DNA of 64,000 nucleotides, from positions 5,659 through 69,658 of the forward strand of contig CAXIAL010000009.1 in the NCBI GenBank assembly GCA_964022435.1. The letters are read 5' to 3'. The notes under the pieces are model-generated. The model did not search any database, had not been told where the DNA came from, and was given only the letters and a program-made list of their open reading frames with translations. This stretch comes from an uncultured Roseobacteraceae bacterium. Lineage in GTDB: Bacteria; Pseudomonadota; Alphaproteobacteria; Rhodobacterales; Rhodobacteraceae. The position numbers were made by a program, and so were the translations under genes. Positions 32,178-42,474 of the stretch are shown piece by piece; position 1 is the first letter of the stretch, and every line of letters starts with the position of its first letter.

Positions 32178-33650
32178 TCAGCGCATTTTGAATGGGTTGG
32201 CGACGGGGTCGTCGGACATGTTCATCCAGACGGTTTTGGGGCGGGTATAAGCGTACAAAGCTTGGAACCCGCTTTCTCGCCCATAGCCGCTGTTTTTCAC
32301 GCCACCAAAGGCAGCAATCGGGCTGATCGCGCGGTAGGTATTCACCCACACGATGCCCGCCTTGACCCGTTTGGACATGCGGAGGGATCGCGCGCTGTCG
32401 CGGGTGAAAATGCCCGCCGCCAGCCCGTGTTGGCTATCATTTGCCAGTGCCAGCGCCTCGTCTTCGGTGCGGAACCGCTGCATGGCGAGCACGGGGCCGA
32501 ACAGTTCGGTATCCACGATGCTCATGTCTTGGCGCGGGCAGTCGATGATCGTCGGCTCATAGTAAAGCCCGCCTAGATCAGGTTGCTTGCCGCCACACAG
32601 AATGGTGCCACCTTCAGACTGGGCCAAGGCGACTTGGGTCTGGATATGATCGAGTTGTGCTTGCGTGCAAAGCGGGCCCATCTCAGTCGCTTCATCTTGC
32701 GGATCACCAATACGGATGTTCCCCGCGATGGCGACCATACGGGTCAGAAATTCATCCGCGATGTCTTCGTGCAGATACAGCCGTGAACCCGCGACACAGG
32801 ATTGCCCAGTCGCCCCGAAAATCCCAGCGATTGACCCATTCACGGCGCTTTCGATATTTGCGTCATCGAAGACGATGAACGGGGATTTCCCACCAAGTTC
32901 GAGCGAAACTTCTGCGAAGTTTTCCGCCGCGTTGCGCATGATATGGCGCGCCGCGTTGGGACCACCGGTAAAGGCAACCTTGGCCACGAGCGGATGCGAC
33001 GTCAGGTGTTTGCCGCAATCCGCGTGACCCGTCACGATGTTAACGACACCGTCGGGAATGCCCGCCTGCGCGACCAGTTTCCCTAATTCTAGGAGCGGTG
33101 CCGCCGCATGTTCGGACCCTTTCATCACGATGGTGTTGCCCGCCGCCAAAGCAGGGCCGATCTTGACTGCGCTCAGGAACATTTGGCTGTTCCACGGAAC
33201 GACAGCGGCGATCACGCCAAGCGGTTCGCGGTCGGTGAAAACGAACATATCGGGCTTGTCGATGGGCAGGGTTTCACCGTGCAGTTTGTCGGCGGATCCA
33301 GCGTAAAAATGCAAGAACTCGGCGATGTATTTCGATTGCCACGCGGTTTCGGAATACATCTTGCCGGTGTCGGTTGTTTCAATCCGTCCGATGGCTTCAG
33401 AATTGGCAGCAAGCAGGTCAGCCAAACGGCCAAGCGCGCGGCCCCGTTCGGTCGCGGTCATCTGCCCCCATGGGCCGTCAAGGGCGGCATCGGCGGCACG
33501 CACGGCGGCGTCGACATCGGCGGCGGTAGCTTCGGGAATGGTTGCCCAAACTACTCCGGTTGCAGGGTTCACGCTGTCGAACCGCGCGCCATTCGTGGCA
33601 TCGATCCACGCGCCGTTGATGAGCATTTGATAGTTTACGGTGTCTGACAT
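32178..33650 (-). CDS. Aldehyde dehydrogenase family protein, TgnC-like
   Basis: VPWNSQ, FTGG, LELGGKSP, GQSCVAGSRL (catalytic Cys), ELFGPV; C-terminal MSDDPVANPFKMR. Confidence 0.92.
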   Translation of the reverse strand: MSDTVNYQMLINGAWIDATNGARFDSVNPATGVVWATIPEATAADVDAAVRAADAALDGPWGQMTATERGRALGRLADLLAANSEAIGRIETTDTGKMYSETAWQSKYIAEFLHFYAGSADKLHGETLPIDKPDMFVFTDREPLGVIAAVVPWNSQMFLSAVKIGPALAAGNTIVMKGSEHAAAPLLELGKLVAQAGIPDGVVNIVTGHADCGKHLTSHPLVAKVAFTGGPNAARHIMRNAAENFAEVSLELGGKSPFIVFDDANIESAVNGSIAGIFGATGQSCVAGSRLYLHEDIADEFLTRMVAIAGNIRIGDPQDEATEMGPLCTQAQLDHIQTQVALAQSEGGTILCGGKQPDLGGLYYEPTIIDCPRQDMSIVDTELFGPVLAMQRFRTEDEALALANDSQHGLAAGIFTRDSARSLRMSKRVKAGIVWVNTYRAISPIAAFGGVKNSGYGRESGFQALYAYTRPKTVWMNMSDDPVANPFKMR

Positions 33651-33726
33651 CTGCCGCCTCCTTTGATCGTGACAGAGGTTAGCGCGGAAAATTGATTTGA
33701 AAAAACGAATGTTTTTGCATAATAAG

Positions 33727-33741
33727 TTCGAAAAAGGCGAA
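33727..33741. promoter_or_regulatory. LysR-type recognition site
   Basis: Inverted repeat TTCG-AAAAAGG-CGAA containing T-N11-A, between the divergent ALDH and lysR starts. Confidence 0.55.
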
Positions 33742-33746
33742 CCGTT

Positions 33747-34580
33747 ATGAACTTGTCTGAACTGCGTACATTCCTGACGATCATCGAAACCGGCAGTCTT
33801 GTGCGGGCGTCAGAGGCGTTGAATGTGACCCAATCGACGGTCACCGCACGGCTGAAGGCGTTAGAGGATGAACTGGGTCAGCGGCTCATGCACAGGCAAA
33901 AATCAGGCATCGTTCTGACGGCAGCAGGTAATCGGCTGCAACGATATGCGTCTACAATCAGTGACTTATGGCAACAGGCCCGCCACGAAACCGCCCTGCC
34001 CGATGGGATGCAGTCGATTTGCAACCTTGCCTGTCACCCCGATCTTTGGCCCGATCTGGGTGAAAAACTATTCGCGCATATTCGCGACACACAGCCCAAT
34101 GTCGCGCTGTCGATCTGGACGGGCGGGCAATACGATTTGGCAAGCTGGCTTGATCAGGGGTTGGTGGACGTGGCGCTGACATATTGGCCAAGCACGCGGG
34201 CGACGGTGCTGACAGAGCCGTTGATCCAAGACCGGTTAATCCAAGTGTCCACCGATCCGACGCGATTCGACGCGACGCAGGGCGGATATGTGTTCGTCGA
34301 AGCAGGCGACAATTTCAGTCGTGCCCATGCAAGCGCATTCCCGCAAACGGATGCGGCAAGGTTGAGCTTTGGGGCAGCGACTTTGGGCCGTGACTACATC
34401 CTGCGCAACGGCGGCGCGGCCTATTTGCCCGCGCGGATTGCCCACCCGAACATTGGATCAGAATTGCAGGAAATTGCGGGCGCACCGCAGTTTACGCGCC
34501 AAATCTATGCCGTATCGCGCACAACAGCTTGCGCTGGTTGGCCGTGGTTGGGCAGCGCATTAGATACGCTTCGTTCGTAG
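33747..34580 (+). CDS. LysR family transcriptional regulator
   Basis: N-terminal HTH (LRTFLTIIETGSLVRASEALNVTQSTVTARLKALE); divergent from the ALDH operon. Confidence 0.93.
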   Translation: MNLSELRTFLTIIETGSLVRASEALNVTQSTVTARLKALEDELGQRLMHRQKSGIVLTAAGNRLQRYASTISDLWQQARHETALPDGMQSICNLACHPDLWPDLGEKLFAHIRDTQPNVALSIWTGGQYDLASWLDQGLVDVALTYWPSTRATVLTEPLIQDRLIQVSTDPTRFDATQGGYVFVEAGDNFSRAHASAFPQTDAARLSFGAATLGRDYILRNGGAAYLPARIAHPNIGSELQEIAGAPQFTRQIYAVSRTTACAGWPWLGSALDTLRS

Positions 34581-34581
34581 C

Positions 34582-34609
34582 CCCGCGACGATGGTGACAC
34601 CGTCGCGGG
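34582..34609. terminator. Hairpin between convergent lysR and acs
   Basis: CCCGCGACG-N10-CGTCGCGGG, 9-bp stem. Confidence 0.45.
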
Positions 34610-34616
34610 ATTTGAT

Positions 34617-36572
34617 TTAGGCTTTGTTCATCCGGTTTTCGATGAGATCGTCAACCACGGATGGATCGGCCAATGTGGACGTGTCGCCCAATGCACCAAA
34701 ATCGTCCTCGGCAATCTTGCGCAGGATACGGCGCATGATTTTTCCCGAACGTGTTTTCGGCAGGCCTGGTGCCCATTGAATTAGGTCAGGTTTGGCAATC
34801 GGGCCGATTTCGGCGCGGACCCAAGTTTCCAATTCTTTGCGCAATCCCTCTGATGGTTCTTCGCCGCCCATCAAGGTGACATAGGCGTAAATGCCTTGGC
34901 CCTTGATGTCGTGCGGGTAGCCAACGACTGCGGATTCCGCGACCTTCGGGTGGGCGACCAAGGCGCTTTCGACCTCTGCCGTGCCCATGCGGTGGCCAGA
35001 TACGTTGATAACATCATCGACCCGGCCCGTAATCCAGTAATACCCGTCCGCATCACGGCGACAGCCGTCACCGGTGAAGTAGTAGCCTTTGTAGTCGCTG
35101 AAATAGGTCTTCTCGAACCGCTCGTGATCGCCCCAAACACTGCGCATTTGGCCCGGCCAGCTGTCTTTGATACACAGCACGCCTTCGGCTGCGGTATCGT
35201 GAATTTCTTCGCCCGTTGTCGGCTCCAAAATCACAGGCTGAATGCCGAAGAACGGCAAGGTGCAAGACCCCGGTTTTGTCGCTGTTGCACCGGGCAGCGG
35301 AGTCATCAAATGACCGCCAGTTTCGGTCTGCCACCATGTATCAACAATCGGGCATTTGCCCTTGCCGACAACGTCGTTGTACCAGTTCCATGCCTCTGGG
35401 TTGATCGGCTCGCCGACGGTGCCCAAGAGCTTCAGATCGGACAGATCGTGCTTTTCGACAAAGCTATTCCCTTGCCCCATCAGTGCGCGAATTGCGGTGG
35501 GGGCGGTGTAGAATTGGTTGACCTTATGCTTGGCGCAAACCTCCCAGAAACGACCAGCGTCGGGGAAAGTTGGCACGCCTTCAAACATCACGGTCGTCGC
35601 GCCATTTGCCAGCGGGCCGTAGACGATATAGCTGTGGCCTGTGACCCAACCCACGTCAGCCGTACACCAGAAAATGTCGCCGTCATGATAATCAAACGTG
35701 TATTGATGGGTCATGGACGCGTAAACGAGATAGCCGCCTGTTGAGTGGACAACGCCCTTTGGCATGCCCGTCGAACCAGATGTGTAAAGAATAAACAGCG
35801 GATCTTCGGCGTTCATTTCCGTAGGCGGGCAATCGGCAGACACATTCGCCTGCATCTCGTGCAGCCAGAAATCGCGACCCTCGACCATGGCGACATCACC
35901 GCCTGTGCGCTGAACAACTAGCATCTTGGACGGCGCATCGATCTTTTCAAACGCGGCATCTGCGTTAACCTTTAACGGGGTGTTGCGGCCGCCGCGTGGG
36001 GCTTCGTCTGCCGTAATCACAACCTTGGCTTCGGATCCATTGACCCGAGCAGCCAGTGCATCAGAAGAAAAACCAGCAAAGACAATTGAATGGATCGCGC
36101 CAATCCGCGCAGAGGCAAGCATCGCATAGGCGGCTTCGGGGATCATTGGCATATAGATAACAACGCGGTCACCTTTGCCCACACCCATGTCTTTAAGAAC
36201 ATTTGCAAACTTGCTGACGTTTGCGTGCAGCTGATTGTATGTGATGTGCAGCGCTTCGTCAGTGGGGCTGTCGGGCTCCCAAATGATCGCCGTCTGATCG
36301 CCACGCGTGGCAAGATGACGGTCAATACAGTTGGCGGCGACGTTCAGCGTGCCGTCCTCGAACCACTTAATATCCACTTGGCCAAGCGTGTAGTCCGACG
36401 ACTTAACTTTGGTATAGGGTGTCATCCAATCGACGCGCTTGCCATGCTCGGCCCAAAATGCCGTAGGGTCGGCGATAGACGCAGCATACATGGCCTCGTA
36501 TTTCGCCTTGTCAGCATGTGCGCCCGCAGCCATTTCAGCCGACGGTGGATAGGTTACATTTGCGTCAGACAT
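34617..36572 (-). CDS. acs: Acetyl-CoA synthetase
   Basis: [44 protein letters not shown]. Confidence 0.96.
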   Translation of the reverse strand: MSDANVTYPPSAEMAAGAHADKAKYEAMYAASIADPTAFWAEHGKRVDWMTPYTKVKSSDYTLGQVDIKWFEDGTLNVAANCIDRHLATRGDQTAIIWEPDSPTDEALHITYNQLHANVSKFANVLKDMGVGKGDRVVIYMPMIPEAAYAMLASARIGAIHSIVFAGFSSDALAARVNGSEAKVVITADEAPRGGRNTPLKVNADAAFEKIDAPSKMLVVQRTGGDVAMVEGRDFWLHEMQANVSADCPPTEMNAEDPLFILYTSGSTGMPKGVVHSTGGYLVYASMTHQYTFDYHDGDIFWCTADVGWVTGHSYIVYGPLANGATTVMFEGVPTFPDAGRFWEVCAKHKVNQFYTAPTAIRALMGQGNSFVEKHDLSDLKLLGTVGEPINPEAWNWYNDVVGKGKCPIVDTWWQTETGGHLMTPLPGATATKPGSCTLPFFGIQPVILEPTTGEEIHDTAAEGVLCIKDSWPGQMRSVWGDHERFEKTYFSDYKGYYFTGDGCRRDADGYYWITGRVDDVINVSGHRMGTAEVESALVAHPKVAESAVVGYPHDIKGQGIYAYVTLMGGEEPSEGLRKELETWVRAEIGPIAKPDLIQWAPGLPKTRSGKIMRRILRKIAEDDFGALGDTSTLADPSVVDDLIENRMNKA

Positions 36573-36756
36573 CGTCTGTCCCCCCAGATTAATTCAATTA
36601 GGGCATAAAATGCCCTGTCCTCTCGTTGATGCGCACGACGCGCACCGTTTCCCTGACGCACACCATGAAACTAATCGCTCCAACTTCCAAGCGGCCCTTC
36701 ACCGCTCAGTAGTTGTTTTTGTGAATTTATTTACATTCAATTTGACAACTCAAGCA

Positions 36757-36800
36757 TTAATCAAAATTAACGCCCCATTAACGCTTGTTTACCATCTTAA
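36757..36800 (+). promoter_or_regulatory. Cluster of CtrA-like sites
   Basis: TTAA-N6-TTAA-N7-TTAAC-N6-TTAC-N4-TTAA; perfect TTAA-CGCCCCA-TTAAC at 36767-36782. Confidence 0.6.
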
Positions 36801-36819
36801 CCGCGGGGGGAGGGCATCA

Positions 36820-37488
36820 ATGGCACGCGGCGTATTTCACTTCATCATCATTTTTTTCTACGCGACGATGGCACACTCTGGCGCATGGCCGCGCGACGAA
36901 GGCCGGTATTTCATCGCAGCTGGCGGCAATTTTTTGTTGTCCGACGGTGCACAACTGCCCGTCCACTACGACCCGACGATTTATCTTGAATACGGACTTT
37001 CCGACGAAATCACCCTAGGGGTTGATATGCATCTGGCCGATGCCGGACGTATCGGAACCGCGTTTTTCTTCATCAGCACCCCACTTAGCGCAAAACACTC
37101 CCAGCAAAAAGTGTCGGCAAACCTCGCCTTCGGCATCCGGTCAAATGGCTTAAGCGAAACCGAAACCCTGATGCGTGCCGGTCTGTCTTGGGGGATGGGG
37201 TTTGACAATGGATGGCTCGCCGTTGACGGCTATGCCACATTGTCGAATGCAGACGATAAGCTCCGACCCAAACTGGATCTCACAGGGGGGTATCGCTGGT
37301 CTGACACCGTAGAGCTGTCCGTGCAGCTGCAAACGGGTCAAGGCACAACTGACGATTTTTATGCCAAACTAGTGCCATCAATTTCCTACCAGCTCAACGA
37401 AACAATTGGGCTGCACCTTGGCGCAGCCCAAGCCCTAACGGGCGATCGTGGGGCGGGCCTGAAATTCGAAACCCGACTAACGTTTTAG
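36820..37488 (+). CDS. Hypothetical exported protein, probable outer-membrane beta-barrel
   Basis: 222 aa from ATG 36820 (GGGAGG RBS); signal peptide (..MAHSG-A), amphipathic strands, C-terminal Phe. Confidence 0.65.
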   Translation: MARGVFHFIIIFFYATMAHSGAWPRDEGRYFIAAGGNFLLSDGAQLPVHYDPTIYLEYGLSDEITLGVDMHLADAGRIGTAFFFISTPLSAKHSQQKVSANLAFGIRSNGLSETETLMRAGLSWGMGFDNGWLAVDGYATLSNADDKLRPKLDLTGGYRWSDTVELSVQLQTGQGTTDDFYAKLVPSISYQLNETIGLHLGAAQALTGDRGAGLKFETRLTF

Positions 37489-37512
37489 AACCGTTTCGCA
37501 ATCACAAAAGCA

Positions 37513-39801
37513 CTACAACGGATTGTCCATGCGGACCGTAAACCGAACCTCGCCTTTAACTGGCGTGCCCCAACCCAATTCAACATTCCGAAAATCGGCT
37601 CCCTGACTCGCATCAACAGACGGGGCCAAATAGACTGGCGTATTAGACCCATTGCGCAAAGTTCCCCGCGCGGTAACCGCATCAACAAATCGCGCGCGTC
37701 CTTCAAACGGCAGATAGGGTTCGGTGTCCAACGTCCAAGTGGAAGCAGCCGTTGATTGGACATGTGACAATGTTGCAGGGTTGAATACTTCGTTACGGAT
37801 CCCGTGAAACGCATTGCCTGAAAACTCCACCGTTCGCATACGAATGAATTCCAAATCGGCAAATGTTGTGTCCACCTTCTCCACACCGTCAATGTATCCA
37901 TTAACGGTCCAGAATGTATTTCCCACTACCGAAAAACCGTGGATAAAATGGCCCGGGCCGAACGGCTTGATGACGATGACCTTGAATGAATCTGCGACAT
38001 TTGAAGCAAAGAACATGTTACTCGTTATCGTCATTCCACCAAACGAGAACTGGTTGCCGAGCGCTGGTTCGGCAGAGTGTTCATTTGTCCACTCTACAAA
38101 GTTGTTTTCGATGTAATTGTGATTGATCACCGTCGATGGATTTGGCGTCGTAATCACCACGCCACCCATGCGCACACCATCTTGTTGCAGGTCGCCTTGG
38201 AACCAATGATTACCCGTCAGCGTCGTCGTCGAGCCACCAAGAATTGCGAAATGTTTGAACATCATGATGCGATTGTCGCGAATTTTGACGTCGTTGGCAT
38301 TGGTGTTCAATGCAATAGAAACACGTTGCTGCACATTCAACGCGGTCTCATTGGAATTAAACTGACAACGGTCCACCATCATGCCCTGGCAACCCGTGCC
38401 AATTGACGTCAAACCTCGGTCTTTGGGCTTGGTGAAAAAACAATCTCGGACATGAAACGTCAGCCCGTCGGGGGCCAGCATAACACCACTGGCAATGCCA
38501 TTACCTTGGAATTCAATGTCATCCATGACGAATTGGCTCAGACTACTGAACCCAGAAAAGTCCAATAGATATTTGAACCGCTTGAACGTATAGCTTTGCG
38601 TCCCAACTGCGTCATAAAGTGGCTGACTGATGTAAACGATCTTGGCACCGACATTTACGCTCGTGACATAAATTTCACGCCCAACGCCTGTTCCCTCAAC
38701 CAAAGACCCAACCTGAACATTCGCCACATTGGTTACATTCGTCAAACGGGTTGGATTGGCGACGGCATAAGTGCCATTGGATGCCACGCTTTCCGTATCC
38801 CAACCTGTTGCGCCAACAGCTTGAAACTGTCCATTTCGGATAACACGGCGCGTCGCAAAAACTGTGCGATTTGGATCAGCAGCCTGCATATCCATCGGCT
38901 CTGTCAGATCAATACGACGCCCACACAAATCAAGAGATTCATGATCCGAAAAATTCAACAGCGCCTGAAACGCTTTGCGAAATGCCAACTGTTCGTCGCC
39001 AAATGCACTAAGATAAAGTTCATAGTTGAACTCTTGCTGCAAAATGAACCGTTTATCTGCTGGTTGCGTTACGGTGCCTTCGAATTTTACACGGCTTTCA
39101 ATCGTAACATCTTTGTCGATCTGAAACACACCGCTTGATACTAAAACCGTGCGCCCGTGCGCTGCCGCATCAGCTGCCTCGAATGCGGCACTATCGTCTG
39201 TGGTGCCATCACCTTTTGCCCCATAATCGCGCACATCGACAACAGACAAAATATCACGCGTGAAAAAGCTGGTGACGTCTTCGATCACCAAATCATCGAC
39301 ACGTACCAAGCCCCCGCTTGCGCCCGTCAGGTCAATACCGAAATGGCCGTATGACGCGGAATCCCAAACCATGTCGACACCAGTCCGGTCGGCAATGGCA
39401 ATGATCGCGGAGATTTCGACCACTTCGCCATAAGTGGTCAATTGCGTCGCTGGGCCAACGGTGGTCAAACCATTGGCTTGACCTCCTCCTGCACGACCTG
39501 CCCAGCCCGAAATGCGCACCGATGGCATTGGGCCAGCGACAGCCTTGACCGACGCACGCACCTGCAAAAAACATCCCGGCAAAATGGGTGTTTCACCCAT
39601 ATATCGCACACGGTTCGTTGTCGCATCTTTGACGACTTCAAGACAGCCACCAAAATCCTGATCCGCCGCGACAAACACGCCATTACCACTAACCGCATAA
39701 GTGTCAGAACCAGGCGTCCCATCGCCGCTTGACCAAACCCCAAGACCTGCCGCAAACGGCAGCGGCATCAGCACAAGCCCATCGGTAATCGCTTTATTCA
39801 T
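37513..39801 (-). CDS. Right-handed beta-helix protein (pectate lyase 3 / GH28-like / tailspike-like)
   Basis: 762 aa; VDVRDYGAKGDGTTDDSAAF motif followed by Asn/Gly-rich beta-helix coils; no signal peptide. Confidence 0.75.
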   Translation of the reverse strand: MNKAITDGLVLMPLPFAAGLGVWSSGDGTPGSDTYAVSGNGVFVAADQDFGGCLEVVKDATTNRVRYMGETPILPGCFLQVRASVKAVAGPMPSVRISGWAGRAGGGQANGLTTVGPATQLTTYGEVVEISAIIAIADRTGVDMVWDSASYGHFGIDLTGASGGLVRVDDLVIEDVTSFFTRDILSVVDVRDYGAKGDGTTDDSAAFEAADAAAHGRTVLVSSGVFQIDKDVTIESRVKFEGTVTQPADKRFILQQEFNYELYLSAFGDEQLAFRKAFQALLNFSDHESLDLCGRRIDLTEPMDMQAADPNRTVFATRRVIRNGQFQAVGATGWDTESVASNGTYAVANPTRLTNVTNVANVQVGSLVEGTGVGREIYVTSVNVGAKIVYISQPLYDAVGTQSYTFKRFKYLLDFSGFSSLSQFVMDDIEFQGNGIASGVMLAPDGLTFHVRDCFFTKPKDRGLTSIGTGCQGMMVDRCQFNSNETALNVQQRVSIALNTNANDVKIRDNRIMMFKHFAILGGSTTTLTGNHWFQGDLQQDGVRMGGVVITTPNPSTVINHNYIENNFVEWTNEHSAEPALGNQFSFGGMTITSNMFFASNVADSFKVIVIKPFGPGHFIHGFSVVGNTFWTVNGYIDGVEKVDTTFADLEFIRMRTVEFSGNAFHGIRNEVFNPATLSHVQSTAASTWTLDTEPYLPFEGRARFVDAVTARGTLRNGSNTPVYLAPSVDASQGADFRNVELGWGTPVKGEVRFTVRMDNPL

Positions 39802-39912
39802 GAATAACCCTTTCCGGAAAATCTCTGCAAAGGCACCGGATCAAGGCCAGCGCGCCAGTAAAAATTTAGCTTCCAAGGGTGAACTAGGGCCTAGACCACC
39901 GTGACGGTGGGA

Positions 39913-40305
39913 TTAAGCACCAACAGCAGGCGGCAACAACTGAACACCATCAATCTGCCATGTATCGCCTTCGCGGATCATTTTATAATCGATGATATGC
40001 ACGGCTCCGTTCGGGTCACGCATCATCACACGTTGGAAGAAAAACGGACCTTCTTCGCGTGGTTCTAAAAATCGCACATCGCTATTGTCCCAAACCATGG
40101 GATAACCGCGCGCAACCATTGTGCCGAAATTCAACGGATTTCCAAACAGCCGCTTGATCATCGGACTTGCGTACCCAAACGCCTTGGGCACATCGCGATC
40201 GTTAAATGCCTGTAACTGTGCGCCAATGACGTCTTGCATCGTATCGGCCAAAGCCCCCGATGCACTCAGCCCCAACACCAAAACGCCTGCAATCAAATGT
40301 CTCAT
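39913..40305 (-). CDS. DUF4864-like exported protein
   Basis: Signal peptide; VIGAQLQAF..D...AFGYASP.I...FG....F..MV..GYP motif. Confidence 0.75.
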   Translation of the reverse strand: MRHLIAGVLVLGLSASGALADTMQDVIGAQLQAFNDRDVPKAFGYASPMIKRLFGNPLNFGTMVARGYPMVWDNSDVRFLEPREEGPFFFQRVMMRDPNGAVHIIDYKMIREGDTWQIDGVQLLPPAVGA

Positions 40306-40362
40306 TCATGCCTCCGATCATCCTAAAGCTAGTTTAGTAACGATCAAAGGCACGAATTAGTT

Positions 40363-41940
40363 TCAATTTGGGGACGATGCGGCCAGCTGGGTTTCGATCA
40401 AGGCGATGGTTTCATCGACACCGTAAAGCGCAATGAACCCGCCAAAACGAGGGCCTTGGGACGCGCCTAGCAGCACTTCGTAAAGGGCCGTGAACCAGCC
40501 ACGTAGCGGATCAAACGCGTGGTCCTTGCCAACAGCGAACACCATGGATTGCAGCTCTTCTGCATCCAAACCGCCATCCCATGCTTTTAAGCGCACCACG
40601 AGGTTTTCCATCGCAGCGCGTTCCTGATCGGTCGGGGCGCGGAACACTTTGGTCGGCTTCACAAAGTCGTTGTAATAACGCACTGCAAAACCCGCAGCCT
40701 GATCCATTTGCGGATTGGTTTCTGCAGAGGCGTCAGGCGCGTAGCGTTTGATGAAGCCCCACAGCGTATCCTTATCCTCTGCGCCGGAAACAGATGCGAG
40801 ATTCAGCAACATCGCGAATGGCACGACCATGTCAGAGGCCGGCACATTGTGACCATGAATATGGAAAACTGGGTTGTTCAACTTGGCCGCATCATCTTGA
40901 CCCGCATAGGCCCGCAACTGCTGGTGATATTCATCAACTGCCTTAGGGATCACATCGAAATGCATGCGCTTGGCCGTCTTCGGCTTCAAATACATGAAAT
41001 ACGACAGGGATTCCGTCGACGCATATGTCAGCCATTCGTCGATTGTCAGGCCGTTGCCCGAGGTCTTGGAAATCTTATGACCCTCGGAATCAAGGAACAA
41101 TTCGTAGGTGAAATGCTCTGGCGCCTTGCCACCCAACACACGACAGATGTTGTCATAGATCGGCGTATTGGTCGCGTGATCCTTGCCATACATCTCAAAA
41201 TCAACGCCCAATGCTGCCCAGCGCGCGCCAAAGTCGGGCTTCCATTGCAGCTTACAATTGCCACCGGTTACAGGCATCGTCACTTCTGTGCCGTCCACAT
41301 CGTCAAACGTGATCATACCGTCCTTGGTGACGTTCTTCATCGGCACATACAGCACCTGACCCGTCGAAGGGCTGATCGGTAAGAATATCGAATAGGTCGC
41401 AGCACGTTCTTCGCGCAGGGACTTGAGCATGATCGCCATAACGTCGTCATACTTTTCCGCAGCCGTGAGCAGGATTTCGTCCATCTTGCCGGACTTGTAA
41501 TAATCCGTCGCAGAAATGAACTCATACTCAAACCCAAAGGTATCGAGAAAACTGTTCAGCTTGGCATTCATATGCGCACCAAAACTGTCATGGGTGCCAA
41601 ACGGATCAGGCACCGCCGTCAGCGGTTGTTGCATATACGCCTCGAGGGCTGCTGGATCAGGCACATTGCCCGGAATCTTGCGCATTCCGTCCATGTCGTC
41701 AGAAAAACACACCAGTTTGGTGGGGATATCAGAAATAACTTCAAACGCGCGGCGCACCATCGTTGTGCGGCCGACCTCGCCAAATGTTCCGATATGGGGC
41801 AAACCCGAAGGACCATAACCTGTTTCAAACAAGACATAGCCCTTCTCGGGTGCCTTATTTGCATAGCGTTTGAGCAGACGGCGGGCTTCTTCAAAGGGCC
41901 AAGCCTTGGAATTCATCGCAGCGTCACGCAAATTGGTCAT
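40363..41940 (-). CDS. lysS: Lysine--tRNA ligase, class I
   Basis: [15 protein letters not shown] (HIGH), [23 protein letters not shown]. Confidence 0.95.
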   Translation of the reverse strand: MTNLRDAAMNSKAWPFEEARRLLKRYANKAPEKGYVLFETGYGPSGLPHIGTFGEVGRTTMVRRAFEVISDIPTKLVCFSDDMDGMRKIPGNVPDPAALEAYMQQPLTAVPDPFGTHDSFGAHMNAKLNSFLDTFGFEYEFISATDYYKSGKMDEILLTAAEKYDDVMAIMLKSLREERAATYSIFLPISPSTGQVLYVPMKNVTKDGMITFDDVDGTEVTMPVTGGNCKLQWKPDFGARWAALGVDFEMYGKDHATNTPIYDNICRVLGGKAPEHFTYELFLDSEGHKISKTSGNGLTIDEWLTYASTESLSYFMYLKPKTAKRMHFDVIPKAVDEYHQQLRAYAGQDDAAKLNNPVFHIHGHNVPASDMVVPFAMLLNLASVSGAEDKDTLWGFIKRYAPDASAETNPQMDQAAGFAVRYYNDFVKPTKVFRAPTDQERAAMENLVVRLKAWDGGLDAEELQSMVFAVGKDHAFDPLRGWFTALYEVLLGASQGPRFGGFIALYGVDETIALIETQLAASSPN

Positions 41941-42054
41941 AGTATCTCTCACGGGTTGAACGGGGGTCCCAATGACGCCCCAACGCGCACTCCCTATTGC
42001 GCAAGCGCATTGGCGTCAATAAATCGGTAGGGTAACAAGTCAAAAGGAACGGAC

Positions 42055-42474
42055 ATGACACCAGATGCACCCATGACAGCCCAAGACGCGCTCGTCGCGA
42101 TTATGGTCGCCGTTTCCGCCAGTGACGAAGAAATTCGCACGGCAGAACTTGTAAAAATGTCTAACCAAATCAACAATCTGCCTGTGTTCGCTGGCTATGA
42201 TGCCGAACGGCTGCCTCGGGTGTCAAAAATGGTCTACGAAATTTTCGAGCAAGAAGATGGTTTAGATGCCATTTTTGGGCTCATCCGCGATGCATTGCCC
42301 GAGCGTCTGTTTGAAACCGCTTATGCGCTGGCCTGCGACGTCGCCGCCGCTGACGGGGCTATCGACGAGGCCGAGGGCCGGATGCTTGAAGAGATTCGCT
42401 ACGAGCTTGAAATCGACCGTCTACATGCCGCCGCTATCGAACGCGGATCGCGTGCGCGACACATGACGCTTTAA
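42055..42474 (+). CDS. TerB-family protein
   Basis: 139 aa; SASDEEI...E N-terminus; AYALACDVAAADG...E...L..IR..LEI. Confidence 0.75.
   Translation: MTPDAPMTAQDALVAIMVAVSASDEEIRTAELVKMSNQINNLPVFAGYDAERLPRVSKMVYEIFEQEDGLDAIFGLIRDALPERLFETAYALACDVAAADGAIDEAEGRMLEEIRYELEIDRLHAAAIERGSRARHMTL

Noticed and set aside
37513-39801. Prophage remnant around the beta-helix gene
   Set aside because: No integrase, capsid, terminase, att-like repeats or tRNA nearby; the flanking genes look chromosomal
40323-40337. CtrA box upstream of the DUF4864-like gene
   Set aside because: CTAA-N7-TTAG has two mismatches; too weak without conservation data
42055-42474. Tellurite-resistance island
   Set aside because: Single TerB-like gene with no other ter genes or mobility markers
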